This document shows, piece by piece, positions 45,572 through 54,379 of a stretch of 64,000 nt of DNA. This stretch comes from Gammaproteobacteria bacterium (GTDB lineage Bacteria; Pseudomonadota; Gammaproteobacteria; Eutrophobiales; Eutrophobiaceae): assembly GCA_965116495.1 (NCBI GenBank), contig OZ220696.1, positions 3,168,001 to 3,232,000 of the forward strand, given 5' to 3'. Under the pieces are notes generated by a model that made no database searches, had not been told where the DNA came from, and saw only the letters and a list, made by a program, of their open reading frames with translations. The position numbers and the translations under genes were made by a program. Numbering within the stretch: position 1 is the first letter of the stretch; each line of letters opens with the position of its first letter.

Positions 45572-46834
45572 TTACTGCATCCAGCGTACCACACCGGCAA
45601 TACCGTCGACGGCGACCATCGACCCTTCCGGAATCTGCCCGGTCGCATCGAGTACGCCGAGGACCATGGGTATGCCTCTTTCCCGGGCCAGTGAAGCAAA
45701 ATGGGAGGTACTCCCGCCCAGTTCCGTCACCACGCCGGACACGCTGGGCAGCACGCGGCTCAGCGCAGGTCCGGCCACCCTGGTGACCAGGATATCACCC
45801 GGAGCTACCCGCGACAGTTCGCATTCACAGTTTACGACGCAGGCGCGGCCGCTACCCCAGCCGACACCGGCCGGATGGCCGTTGAGACGGGGGTGGCGCA
45901 GCCAGATCTCATCGGGAACCGTGGCTTCGGCAACCTGCAACGGGCGCGCCTGCAGCAGTTTGAATCCCCGGTCGTCCAGCGCCCACTCAATTTCAGCCGG
46001 CCCGCCGGTAATTTCTTCAGCGTGCAGCAGCAACCGGCCGAGTTCGACTGCCTGATCATTACTCAGGCAGCGGGTCTCCACCAGGTCCGGCTCGACGCGG
46101 CTGGCGCCATGGGCGCAGTTCACCGCATGGAATTTGCGTCCCGACCTGGCTTCACGCAATTTGCCGTCACGGCCCAGCAGGTACCTGTCCGGGACGACCT
46201 CACCCTGGGCGATGGCGGAACCCAGGCCCCAGGTAGCGCTCAGCAGCATCTCTCCCTCCGAGGTGCGGCTCAGGCCGCCGCCGCTGGCGCGCGCCACCAC
46301 CAGGGGTTGGATGATCAACGCCATTGCTGTCCCGGCCGGGTCGATATCGTGTCCGGCCATGTAGCGCAAGGCCCGGGTTGACCACAGCGCCGACCAGCAG
46401 GCCCGCACCGCGGTGAAAAAATCCTCTTTTTGCTCGATTCCGAGGAAGCTCTCAAACTGGCCGGCAAAATTCGACCCGCCGCGATCTTCCACCAGCGCCG
46501 AGGAGCGCACCGCGCTGCTCGTCTCCCTGAACTGATCCCAGGCTGCGGCTATGGCAGTTTCAACATTTTTGTCCAGACCCTCGTTCATCAACGCGAGTTT
46601 TATCCGGAGTGCGCTGCGCCGCGCGGTCATGTCATCCCCGGCAAACACGGCGCGGGCAACATCGGTTAACCCCAGCCGGTCCAGTTGTGCGCGGTAGGCG
46701 CCGGCATCCAGGGCATAGCCGCCCGGTGTCGGTAACCCGCGCCTGCCGAGCCGCGCCAGGTTTGCGGCCTTGGGGCCGAAGCGGGCCGGGTCGGCGGCTT
46801 CGTCTGAATCCAGTGGAACGAGGAATTCCGTCAT
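45572..46834 (-). CDS. PEP-synthase/dikinase-like ATP-grasp domain fused directly to a phospho-His swivel domain
   Basis: FGPKAANL, AVRSSA..ED...NFAGQFES, WGLG, EIEWA, LLQARP; VVTELGGSTSHFASLARERGIP; ATGA-coupled to the upstream ADH gene (420 aa). Confidence 0.88.
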   Translation of the reverse strand: MTEFLVPLDSDEAADPARFGPKAANLARLGRRGLPTPGGYALDAGAYRAQLDRLGLTDVARAVFAGDDMTARRSALRIKLALMNEGLDKNVETAIAAAWDQFRETSSAVRSSALVEDRGGSNFAGQFESFLGIEQKEDFFTAVRACWSALWSTRALRYMAGHDIDPAGTAMALIIQPLVVARASGGGLSRTSEGEMLLSATWGLGSAIAQGEVVPDRYLLGRDGKLREARSGRKFHAVNCAHGASRVEPDLVETRCLSNDQAVELGRLLLHAEEITGGPAEIEWALDDRGFKLLQARPLQVAEATVPDEIWLRHPRLNGHPAGVGWGSGRACVVNCECELSRVAPGDILVTRVAGPALSRVLPSVSGVVTELGGSTSHFASLARERGIPMVLGVLDATGQIPEGSMVAVDGIAGVVRWMQ

Positions 46835-47877
46835 GACGCGTCGATCACTATTCTGAGGATGCTGCCGGGATTTTGTTCGAATTCGACAAATGCCCGGGGA
46901 GCAGCCTGCAGCGGGTAGGTTGTGGATACGAAGCCGGACACGTTCACCTTGCCCGAGGCAACCAGGTCGATGGACGGCGCCATGTCTTCCGGCAGCAACG
47001 CCCGTGAACCGATAATGCTGACTTCCTTGAAATAAAGCGGGAAACTGGTGAAATTGGTGATGTTGCTGTGACTGACCGCGAACGCGGATAAACGCCCGCC
47101 CGGGCGCAACATATCGATAGCTGCGGCGAGGATGCCGGCGCTTCCGGCCGTATCCACGACTACGTCTGCACCCTGTCCATTTGTCAAACGTCCGACTTCT
47201 CCCACTGCCTGTTCGGCACTGTCTTTGACGCAGTGGTGCGCGCCCATCGCGGCCGCCATGTCCAGTTTCCACGGAGTCCTGGAGACCGCGATGACCGGGT
47301 CGGCGCCGGACAGCACGGCCAGCCTGGTGTGCAGTAACCCGGTAACGCCCTGGCCCAGCACAACCACGGACTCGCCCGCCTGTATGGACACCCGGTTCTG
47401 CGCGTGACGCACCGTCGCCAGGGTTTCAATCAGGGTGGCTTCCGCGAGGGGCAGGTGGTCCGGCAACGGATGTACATAACGGGATGCCAGCCGTACGAAC
47501 TGGCTCAGGGAACCTTCTATTTCACGCCCGAACAGCCCCGCGTTGCGGCACAGGTTCTCCCTGCCGTGCAGGCACAGGTCACACTCTCCACAGGCAATGA
47601 TTGGGTTGATCAGCACCGGCTGCCCAGGTTTCAGCCCGTCGACCCCGGCGCCGGTTTCGGCTACCGTGCCCGTGGCCTCGTGTCCCATGACCACGGGGTA
47701 GTTCACCCCGGGGTGGCGGCCGGTATAGATCTCAAGATCGGTGCCGCACACCGCGGTGGCGGCGACGCGCACGACTACTTCACCCGCACCGGCGACCGGG
47801 ACGGGGCGGGCCTGGATCTCCAGGTGTCGCGGCGCCTGGAGTACGGCGGTTTGAGTCAGGGCTTCGGCCATAAACAA
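46831..47877 (-). CDS. Zn-dependent medium-chain (sorbitol/threonine dehydrogenase-like) dehydrogenase
   Basis: VCGTD, GHEATG, CGECDLC...NLC, VLGQGVTG. Confidence 0.92.
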   Translation of the reverse strand: MFMAEALTQTAVLQAPRHLEIQARPVPVAGAGEVVVRVAATAVCGTDLEIYTGRHPGVNYPVVMGHEATGTVAETGAGVDGLKPGQPVLINPIIACGECDLCLHGRENLCRNAGLFGREIEGSLSQFVRLASRYVHPLPDHLPLAEATLIETLATVRHAQNRVSIQAGESVVVLGQGVTGLLHTRLAVLSGADPVIAVSRTPWKLDMAAAMGAHHCVKDSAEQAVGEVGRLTNGQGADVVVDTAGSAGILAAAIDMLRPGGRLSAFAVSHSNITNFTSFPLYFKEVSIIGSRALLPEDMAPSIDLVASGKVNVSGFVSTTYPLQAAPRAFVEFEQNPGSILRIVIDAS

Positions 47878-47882
47878 ACGGA

Positions 47883-49151
47883 TCAGCGTTTAACCAGGGT
47901 TGAATATCCCGGTAACGGGTCGACAACGGTAATCTGCTCCACCGGGAAGTTGGAGATAATCTCGATGTCGTCGTCATGGACGATCAGCATTTCTTCGATA
48001 CGCACACCCCACTCGAACTTTTTGCCGTGCTGGGTCTCCAGCGCGAACACCATGCCGGCCTTGATTTCAACCGGGTGGTCCAGCGACCAGATACGCGAGA
48101 TTACGGGTTGGTCGTACTGGGCCAGGCCGAGCCCGTGGCCCCAGAGGTTTGCCGCGGCCTGGTCCTCTTCCTCGTAGCCCCACGCTTCCATGGCGGAGGG
48201 CCACTTGGAGGCGATCTCCCGCGTTGTGGTGCCGACCTTGACTGCCTTGATGGAGTCATACAGCCATTTCAAGGCGGTGGCATAGACGTCATTTTGCTCC
48301 TGGCTGGGTTCCCGGCCGACGCAATAAGTGCGGTAGTAACAGGATTTGTAGCCGTTCCAGGTCAGTGCGGCCAGGTCCATGAATACAATCTCTCCCGGTT
48401 TGATAATGCGGTCGGAGAAGTTGCGCCAGTTCGGCCAGGTGTTGGGCCCCGACGATACGATTACGTCCTCAACGTCTTCCATGCCGGGAATGCCGTACAG
48501 GAATTCCATCAGGTGGGCCGTCACGGCGTTTTCCGTCTTGCCCGGTTCCAGGAACTTCATACATTCCCAGTGGGCGGCATCGCCGATGGCGCCTACTATA
48601 CGCAGGCATTCCTGTTCATCGACGTTCTTGATGGCCCTGGCCTCCATCATCGGGGTCATGCCGTCGGTCCAGTCGATGCCGGCATCCTTGAACGCCTCGA
48701 TCATGTTGATGTCGACAAAGTCGACGCCGAGCTTGCCCCCTGCCACGTTACTCTTTTTCATTTCCTGGATGATGGCGTTGGTGAACTTCTTCACCTGCTG
48801 CGTGGACGCCTGTCCCGCGGCGCCCTTGATCCAGGCATAGGACCAGCGGATATTGTCTTTCGGCAGCCAGGGTGAATGGCGCTCTACCTGCATCCCCAGG
48901 TCGCCCTGCTCGAACAGCACCGGCGCGTCATCGCCGCACAGCATCGCGTAACGCAGTCCCGGTTTCAGCCGGTTCCAGCCGGGCGTCAGGGTGCTGGTGA
49001 CATAACGGACGTTCTCGTCGTACATGAGCAGCATGGCGCTCAGATCGTGGGCTTTCATCCGTTCCCGCGCCCGTTCCAGGCGATATGTGCGCAGCCTGTC
49101 CCAGTTGATGCGCTGCTGCCAGTCCAAACCTGTGATACCAAAATTAGCCAT
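47883..49151 (-). CDS. M24 (Xaa-Pro peptidase/creatinase fold) protein
   Basis: NVRYVT; ARAIKN..E; FMD...GYKSC..RT; GHGLGL; FALET; GVRIEE. Confidence 0.88.
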   Translation of the reverse strand: MANFGITGLDWQQRINWDRLRTYRLERARERMKAHDLSAMLLMYDENVRYVTSTLTPGWNRLKPGLRYAMLCGDDAPVLFEQGDLGMQVERHSPWLPKDNIRWSYAWIKGAAGQASTQQVKKFTNAIIQEMKKSNVAGGKLGVDFVDINMIEAFKDAGIDWTDGMTPMMEARAIKNVDEQECLRIVGAIGDAAHWECMKFLEPGKTENAVTAHLMEFLYGIPGMEDVEDVIVSSGPNTWPNWRNFSDRIIKPGEIVFMDLAALTWNGYKSCYYRTYCVGREPSQEQNDVYATALKWLYDSIKAVKVGTTTREIASKWPSAMEAWGYEEEDQAAANLWGHGLGLAQYDQPVISRIWSLDHPVEIKAGMVFALETQHGKKFEWGVRIEEMLIVHDDDIEIISNFPVEQITVVDPLPGYSTLVKR

Positions 49152-49252
49152 ATACCTTCTCCTGTTCGTAAGTCCGCACCACTACGGCAAAGATAAACCT
49201 GTTGCCGTCAGTCCGTAATATGCACCGCGCAAGTTCCCAAACCCATAGGTCA

Positions 49253-49367
49253 GAAAATCGGGGTCAGGTCGCACAATGCACATGCCGGCAGGCAGGTATA
49301 TCACTGTGATAAACCACCGCATGTGCATTGTGCGACCTGACCCCGATTTTCGTGACCCCGATTTTCG
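49253..49367. repeat. Perfect 33-bp inverted repeat of the GGGGTCAG family plus a 15-bp terminal tandem duplication
   Basis: 49253-49285 vs 49319-49351; TGACCCCGATTTTCG occurs at 49338 and 49353. Confidence 0.85.
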
Positions 49368-49398
49368 CATACAAGCGCCTAAACTCATAGACAGTAAA

Positions 49399-49412
49399 TT
49401 ATCACATGATAA
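49399..49412. promoter_or_regulatory. Palindrome TTATCA-CA-TGATAA, candidate TetR operator
   Basis: Lies between divergent operons, one containing the TetR gene; near-copies at 56791 and 23321. Confidence 0.45.
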
Positions 49413-49456
49413 ACTAATCGTCCAAACAATCGTTACCTGAATCGGGGTGAAAAACA

Positions 49457-50779
49457 ATGGCTGATACCAACCCGAAACCCGGACCGGAAGCTGTTTGGCC
49501 GGGACTGGAAGCCGGTGTGCCGAAACCGCTCATGCCTTACAGCCCGGCTATCAAGGCAGGAGGATGGGTGTTCATCGCAGGACAGCTTGCCAGCGACTTC
49601 AAGACGGGGATAGCCCCGCAAGCCATACCCGGCAATCCCTACGCGCAGAATGAACTGCAACTGCAGTCACGCTTCGTGCTGAATAACCTGGCCAATACCA
49701 TCGAGGCCACGGGTTGCGATATCAACCGGGACATGGTGAGGATGTGGGAATGGTTCGCCGCCCCGGATCCCGCACAAACGGCATTTGCGCGCGGCGACAA
49801 CTGGACGGGGATCAATATAGACCCGTACCTGGAACAGCGCAGCGCAGTGATTGACGGGCCTTGCCCGCCCGTGTCTGCAACGGGAATCCAGGAACTGATG
49901 TGTCTGGGCACGAAGGTCGAAATAGACATGATCTGCTTCGATGACGATGAGGAACCGGTTTTCTACGGACTGCCCGAAGGCCGGACCCAGGGAGCGGGCG
50001 GACATGCCCCGGCCCTGCGGCGCGGCGACTGGGTGTTCCTGGCTGCTGAAAACCCGGCAGACCTGGACCGAGGCAACCCGGATTACTGGGTGGGCGATAC
50101 CGTGGAACGGCAAACCGAGCATGTACTGGAGAAGCTTGCCGGGACTGCCGCCCTGGCAGGTTCTTCCCTCAAGAACGCGGTCAAGGCTGACGTGTATATC
50201 GGTCACCCCCGGGATTTTGCCGCCGTGGACCGTGTCTGGCGCAGGTGGTTCCCCGACAATCCGCCGGCCCGTGTAGTGAACCCTTATATGGGAATGGGGG
50301 TGCGGGGTTGTCGGGTCGAGATTGCCCTGACTCTGCTGGCCGATGACGCCGCAGTAAAGAAACAGACCATCGAGACCTCGGAGGCGCCGGAACCCCTGGG
50401 TCATGAGCCCCAGGCGGTCAAGGCCGGGGATTTCCTGTTCTTCAGCACCCAGATGGCGTTTGACTCCAGGGGGAAACTGGCGGACGGCATGAGCCGGCAT
50501 CCGAATTTCCGCTGGTACGGATCGCCGGCCCAGGCGCAGATGAGATACATGATGAAGAACGTGGCCGCCATCAGCGAGGCCGCCGGCACCTCGGTGGAGA
50601 ATATCTGCCGGCGCGTCTGTTTTCACGACGACCTGCAATGGTTTGCCGAGTCCATCGAGGAATGGGCCCGCCATTTCCCCGGCGACCGGCCCGCATCCAC
50701 TACCATAGGACTGCATGGCCCGTTGGTGGTGCCCGGCGCCAATACCCTGCTGGACCTTATTGCTTATGCCCCCGGGTAA
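49457..50779 (+). CDS. Triple-domain Rid (RidA/YjgF) protein
   Basis: Three Rid starts: PYSPAIKAGGWVFIAGQ, HAPALRRGDWVFLAAE, HEPQAVKAGDFLFFSTQ. Each ends in a VEID/VEIA/LLDL-like strand. Confidence 0.88.
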   Translation: MADTNPKPGPEAVWPGLEAGVPKPLMPYSPAIKAGGWVFIAGQLASDFKTGIAPQAIPGNPYAQNELQLQSRFVLNNLANTIEATGCDINRDMVRMWEWFAAPDPAQTAFARGDNWTGINIDPYLEQRSAVIDGPCPPVSATGIQELMCLGTKVEIDMICFDDDEEPVFYGLPEGRTQGAGGHAPALRRGDWVFLAAENPADLDRGNPDYWVGDTVERQTEHVLEKLAGTAALAGSSLKNAVKADVYIGHPRDFAAVDRVWRRWFPDNPPARVVNPYMGMGVRGCRVEIALTLLADDAAVKKQTIETSEAPEPLGHEPQAVKAGDFLFFSTQMAFDSRGKLADGMSRHPNFRWYGSPAQAQMRYMMKNVAAISEAAGTSVENICRRVCFHDDLQWFAESIEEWARHFPGDRPASTTIGLHGPLVVPGANTLLDLIAYAPG

Positions 50780-50816
50780 TGGCATGCCGCGGACGGGCAT
50801 GCCCGGGACGCATGCC

Positions 50817-50840
50817 GGGGACGGATTTAAATCCGTCCCC
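50817..50840. repeat. Perfect 24-bp palindrome GGGGACGGATTTAAATCCGTCCCC
   Basis: Self-complementary; same family as 8445. Confidence 0.85.
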
Positions 50841-50864
50841 AATACCTCTGAAGCCTGAATCAAT

Positions 50865-52613
50865 GTGAGCGGACAAAAATCGGAAATCCGGGACGGAATG
50901 CTCATTGACTGGGATGTCGTTATCGAAATGGATGACGGCCTCGAACTGCGCGCAGACGTGTTCCGGCCCGCCGGCGAGGGGCGCTGCCCGGTCATCCTGA
51001 GCTACGGACCTTACGCCAAGGGACTGGCGTTCCAGGAAGGATACCCAAGCGCCTGGCAACGCATGGCTGAGGAGCACCCGGACGTTACCGCAGGTTCGAC
51101 CAACAAGTACCAGAACTGGGAAGTCGTCGACCCGGAGAAGTGGGTGCCGGACGGCTATGTCTGCGTGCGGGTCGACTCCCGCGGCTGCGGTTGTTCGCCA
51201 GGGTACGTGGACCACTTTTCGCCGCGGGAAACCCGGGACTTCGCCGCATGCATAGAATGGGCCGGGGAGCAGCCATGGAGCAACGGCAAGGTCGGTCTCA
51301 GCGGCGTCTCCTACTACGGTATAAACCAATGGCAGGTTGCCGCCAGGCAGCCGCGTTACCTGGCGGCGATGTGTATCTGGGAGGGGGCCGCGGACTGGTA
51401 CCGGGACATGACCCACCACGGCGGTATCCTGAGCACCTTCTGGGCCAACTGGTATGACATGCAGGTAAAGACCGTGCAATACGGCCTCGGCGAGCGCGGC
51501 CCGAACAGCATTGTGACGGGTGAACCGGTATGCGGTCCCGAGACCCTGACTGACGCTGAACTGGCGCAGAATCGCTGCGATTTCGGTGGCGATATCCTTG
51601 CCCATCCCCTGGATGACGGCTACCACCGCGAGCGCTCGCCGGACTGGTCAAAGGTAACGGTCCCGTTCCTGAGCGCCGGCAACTGGGGCGGCCAGGGCCT
51701 GCACCTGCGCGGAAATTTCGAGGGGTTCGTGCGCGCCGCATCAACCCGGAAATGGCTGGAGGCCCATGGGCTGGAACACTGGACGGAATTTTATACGGAC
51801 TACGGCGTGCAACTGCACAAGCGTTTCTTCGGCTACTTTTTGAAAGGCGAAGACAACGACTGGGAAGACCAGCCGCCGGTGCACCTGAAGGTACGCGGCG
51901 TCAAGGATTTCGTTGAGCGCAGCGAGGACGGCTGGCCGATCCCCCGGACGCAATGGACCCGCTTCTACCTGGCGCCGGATGGCATGGGCCTGTCTGAAAC
52001 GCCACCTGCAACCGCAGGCCAGGTAAGTTTCCCAGCCCTCAAAGAGTGGGTCACTTTTTATTCGGCGCCGTTGCAACGGGAGACCGAAATCACCGGGCCA
52101 TCTGCCTGCAAGCTAAGGGTGTCTTCTTCAACCTCCGACGCCGACCTGTTCCTGGTATTGAGGGTGTTTGACCCGGACGGCAGGGAAATCGTTTTCCAGG
52201 GAGCGATTGACCCCTGTACCCCCATCGGCCAGGGCTGGTTGCGCGCATCCCACCGCAAGCTGGACGCAGCCCTGTCTCAACCCTGGCGGCCCTACCACAC
52301 CCACGATGAACTGCAACCGTTGACCCCGGGCATTCCGGCAGACCTGGATATCGAAATCTGGCCCACGTCGCTGGTGATTCCCGCCGGTTACCGCATCGCC
52401 CTGAGCGTGAGGGGTAACGATTACGAGTGTCCCGCCGCCGGCAAAGGCGTGCGTCTGTCCAATTTCAAGAACGATTTGCGCGGCTGCGGACCCTTCCTGC
52501 ATAACGACCCGCGGGACCGGCCGCAGGCGATATTTGCCGGGGAGACAACCATCCATACCGGGCCCGAACAGCCCGGCTACCTGTTGTTACCGGTGATACC
52601 GGCTAAAGAGTAG
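50865..52613 (+). CDS. CocE/NonD family (S15) serine hydrolase
   Basis: LRADVFRP, PYAK, VDSRGCG.S.G, WSNGKVG.SGVSYYG, GWLRASHR. Confidence 0.93.
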   Translation: MSGQKSEIRDGMLIDWDVVIEMDDGLELRADVFRPAGEGRCPVILSYGPYAKGLAFQEGYPSAWQRMAEEHPDVTAGSTNKYQNWEVVDPEKWVPDGYVCVRVDSRGCGCSPGYVDHFSPRETRDFAACIEWAGEQPWSNGKVGLSGVSYYGINQWQVAARQPRYLAAMCIWEGAADWYRDMTHHGGILSTFWANWYDMQVKTVQYGLGERGPNSIVTGEPVCGPETLTDAELAQNRCDFGGDILAHPLDDGYHRERSPDWSKVTVPFLSAGNWGGQGLHLRGNFEGFVRAASTRKWLEAHGLEHWTEFYTDYGVQLHKRFFGYFLKGEDNDWEDQPPVHLKVRGVKDFVERSEDGWPIPRTQWTRFYLAPDGMGLSETPPATAGQVSFPALKEWVTFYSAPLQRETEITGPSACKLRVSSSTSDADLFLVLRVFDPDGREIVFQGAIDPCTPIGQGWLRASHRKLDAALSQPWRPYHTHDELQPLTPGIPADLDIEIWPTSLVIPAGYRIALSVRGNDYECPAAGKGVRLSNFKNDLRGCGPFLHNDPRDRPQAIFAGETTIHTGPEQPGYLLLPVIPAKE

Positions 52614-52745
52614 TAAATTTCAGCAAAAATCCGAACGGCTTGATAGAAGAGCTAATTCTTGTAGATCAAACTGGCAACAGTTAGTATTGACTGGAACTCT
52701 TTCGTCTAAATGAGAAATTTCTCCTCAGCTGTCATGGGTGAAGCT

Positions 52746-53315
52746 ATGTTACTGCTCATTGCTGGTTTAATACTGTTTTTTGCCGCACATTCCATTTCCA
52801 TCGTCAACGTGGGCTGGCGCAACGCCATGGCCGAGCGGTTGGGGACTGCCGCCTGGAGAGGCCTGTACAGTCTGGTGTCCCTGGCGGGACTGGTCATGTT
52901 GATATGGGGTTACGGATTGGCAAGGAGCGACCCCGTTATCCTGTACACCCCTCCTGCCTGGTTGCTCTACGCCAACCTTCTGCTGATGCTGTTCGTGTTT
53001 CCGCTGTTCATGGCCAGCCTGTTACCAGGCCGGATCAAGACCGCGGTGAAACACCCGATTTTCGCTTCTGTAAAGATCTGGGCGTTTGCCCATTTACTGA
53101 CCAACGGCGCCCTTGCCGACATGTTGCTGTTCGGCTGTTTCCTGGCCTGGGCTGTAATCGGGCGCATCTCCATGAGACATCGAAAAAATCGCCCCGTGCC
53201 CGGTTTTCCGGAAAGCCCCGTGAATGATCTTCTCGTCGTGGTGGTTGGCCTGTTGCTTTATCTGGTGTTCATTATGGCGCTGCACGACTGGCTGATTGGT
53301 GTTGCGGTGATGTGA
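52746..53315 (+). CDS. NnrU family membrane protein
   Basis: GLILFFAAHS, YSLVSL, KHP...VKIWAFAHLL.NG, FLAW, LHDWLIGV. Confidence 0.88.
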   Translation: MLLLIAGLILFFAAHSISIVNVGWRNAMAERLGTAAWRGLYSLVSLAGLVMLIWGYGLARSDPVILYTPPAWLLYANLLLMLFVFPLFMASLLPGRIKTAVKHPIFASVKIWAFAHLLTNGALADMLLFGCFLAWAVIGRISMRHRKNRPVPGFPESPVNDLLVVVVGLLLYLVFIMALHDWLIGVAVM

Positions 53316-53540
53316 TAAGGGGCCAGTTGAATGTACATGGCTTGAGTTGCAAGGTCGGGTTAGTTTGTAAGTGATAAGTAAACTTCAGAAGTCGAGAGAT
53401 TTGATCCGGGGGAGGGAATATGACCTGATAGATAATTGTAGAATGGCACCACTTACTATCACCCCAGTGGATTATTTTTCAATAACATTTTCTTCAGTGT
53501 TACACTTTGTGACCATTGGCCATGGCTAGGCTAAAGCGGC

Positions 53541-53909
53541 ATGATCGAGGTTTGCTATATATACAATACAGGGCATTTAAGTCATTTAGAAACACAACTG
53601 CGCAGGCGAGTTGCTGGCTTTGCTAAATGGTGGGTATCCATAAAGATCGGCATAACAAACAACCCAGAAAATAGAGCACAACACCATTACAAGGATGATC
53701 CGAGTTGGAATAAAATGATTGTGTTAAGGGAAACTTCTTCTATAAAACAGGTCAAGGAAGCAGAAAGAAGGCTTACTGATTGGGCATGGGATTGCAAAGG
53801 AATCGAAAATATAGTAGGTGGAGGTGGTGGAAAGGAAGGCGAGAAACCCCATTATCTTTACATTTTGTTGTCTAAAAAACGATCTAAGCCTTCCCCGATT
53901 TACATTTAG
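53541..53909 (+). CDS. Low-GC hypothetical protein with GIY-YIG-like motifs
   Basis: IKIGITNNPENR...H, E..L, N, then GGGGG and HYLYIL; about 40% GC in hand-counted lines. Confidence 0.6.
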   Translation: MIEVCYIYNTGHLSHLETQLRRRVAGFAKWWVSIKIGITNNPENRAQHHYKDDPSWNKMIVLRETSSIKQVKEAERRLTDWAWDCKGIENIVGGGGGKEGEKPHYLYILLSKKRSKPSPIYI

Positions 53910-53926
53910 TCTCGATTGAAAAACTA

Positions 53927-54337
53927 CTAGTCCGTATCCCTCAAAAACGCATCGACCGCGATAACAAAGTCGATTTCGATCCTGCCTTCACGAAGTTTCT
54001 TTATTTGCTGAAATTGATCGGAGCGCCAAAACGCTTTCAGCTTATCCATGGACTGCACGTGCTCGATGGCCACGAACCCGTCGTAGGGCCAGCTGCCCTC
54101 AAGAATTTGCTCCGGACCGATGTGGGCCGAACGCCCGACCCTGTTCAGCCCCGCAGCGGAGATCGCGTGACCAGCCGCAGCTACGTATGCGCCCAGTCCT
54201 TCCGGGTTTACGGTTTTCCCGGCAACGACCAAGTATCCGGAACTGCCGGCTTCCGGTTTCGCACCAGGTGAGCCATCAACAGCCATTCCCATGACGAAGC
54301 CGCACAACAACAGCAGGGTCGTTCTAATGCCTGACAT
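53927..54337 (-). CDS. Secreted DUF1330-family protein
   Basis: RBS GAGG; signal peptide; ILEGSW...AF..S..FQ.IK.LR. Confidence 0.8.
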   Translation of the reverse strand: MSGIRTTLLLLCGFVMGMAVDGSPGAKPEAGSSGYLVVAGKTVNPEGLGAYVAAAGHAISAAGLNRVGRSAHIGPEQILEGSWPYDGFVAIEHVQSMDKLKAFWRSDQFQQIKKLREGRIEIDFVIAVDAFLRDTD

Positions 54338-54379
54338 TGCTTATCCTCTTTTATAGACCGGCCAGGTGAGAAATCCCGG

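Noticed and set aside
46835-47272. 146-aa N-terminal extension of the dikinase-like ORF
   Set aside because: It overlaps the dehydrogenase gene in another frame; the ATGA-coupled start at 46834 is more plausible.
49667-50995. Long antisense ORFs (442 aa here; also 20156-21157, 27793-28944, 47976-48875, 55791-56717)
   Set aside because: They lie opposite well-supported genes, lack motifs, and are expected in high-GC coding DNA.
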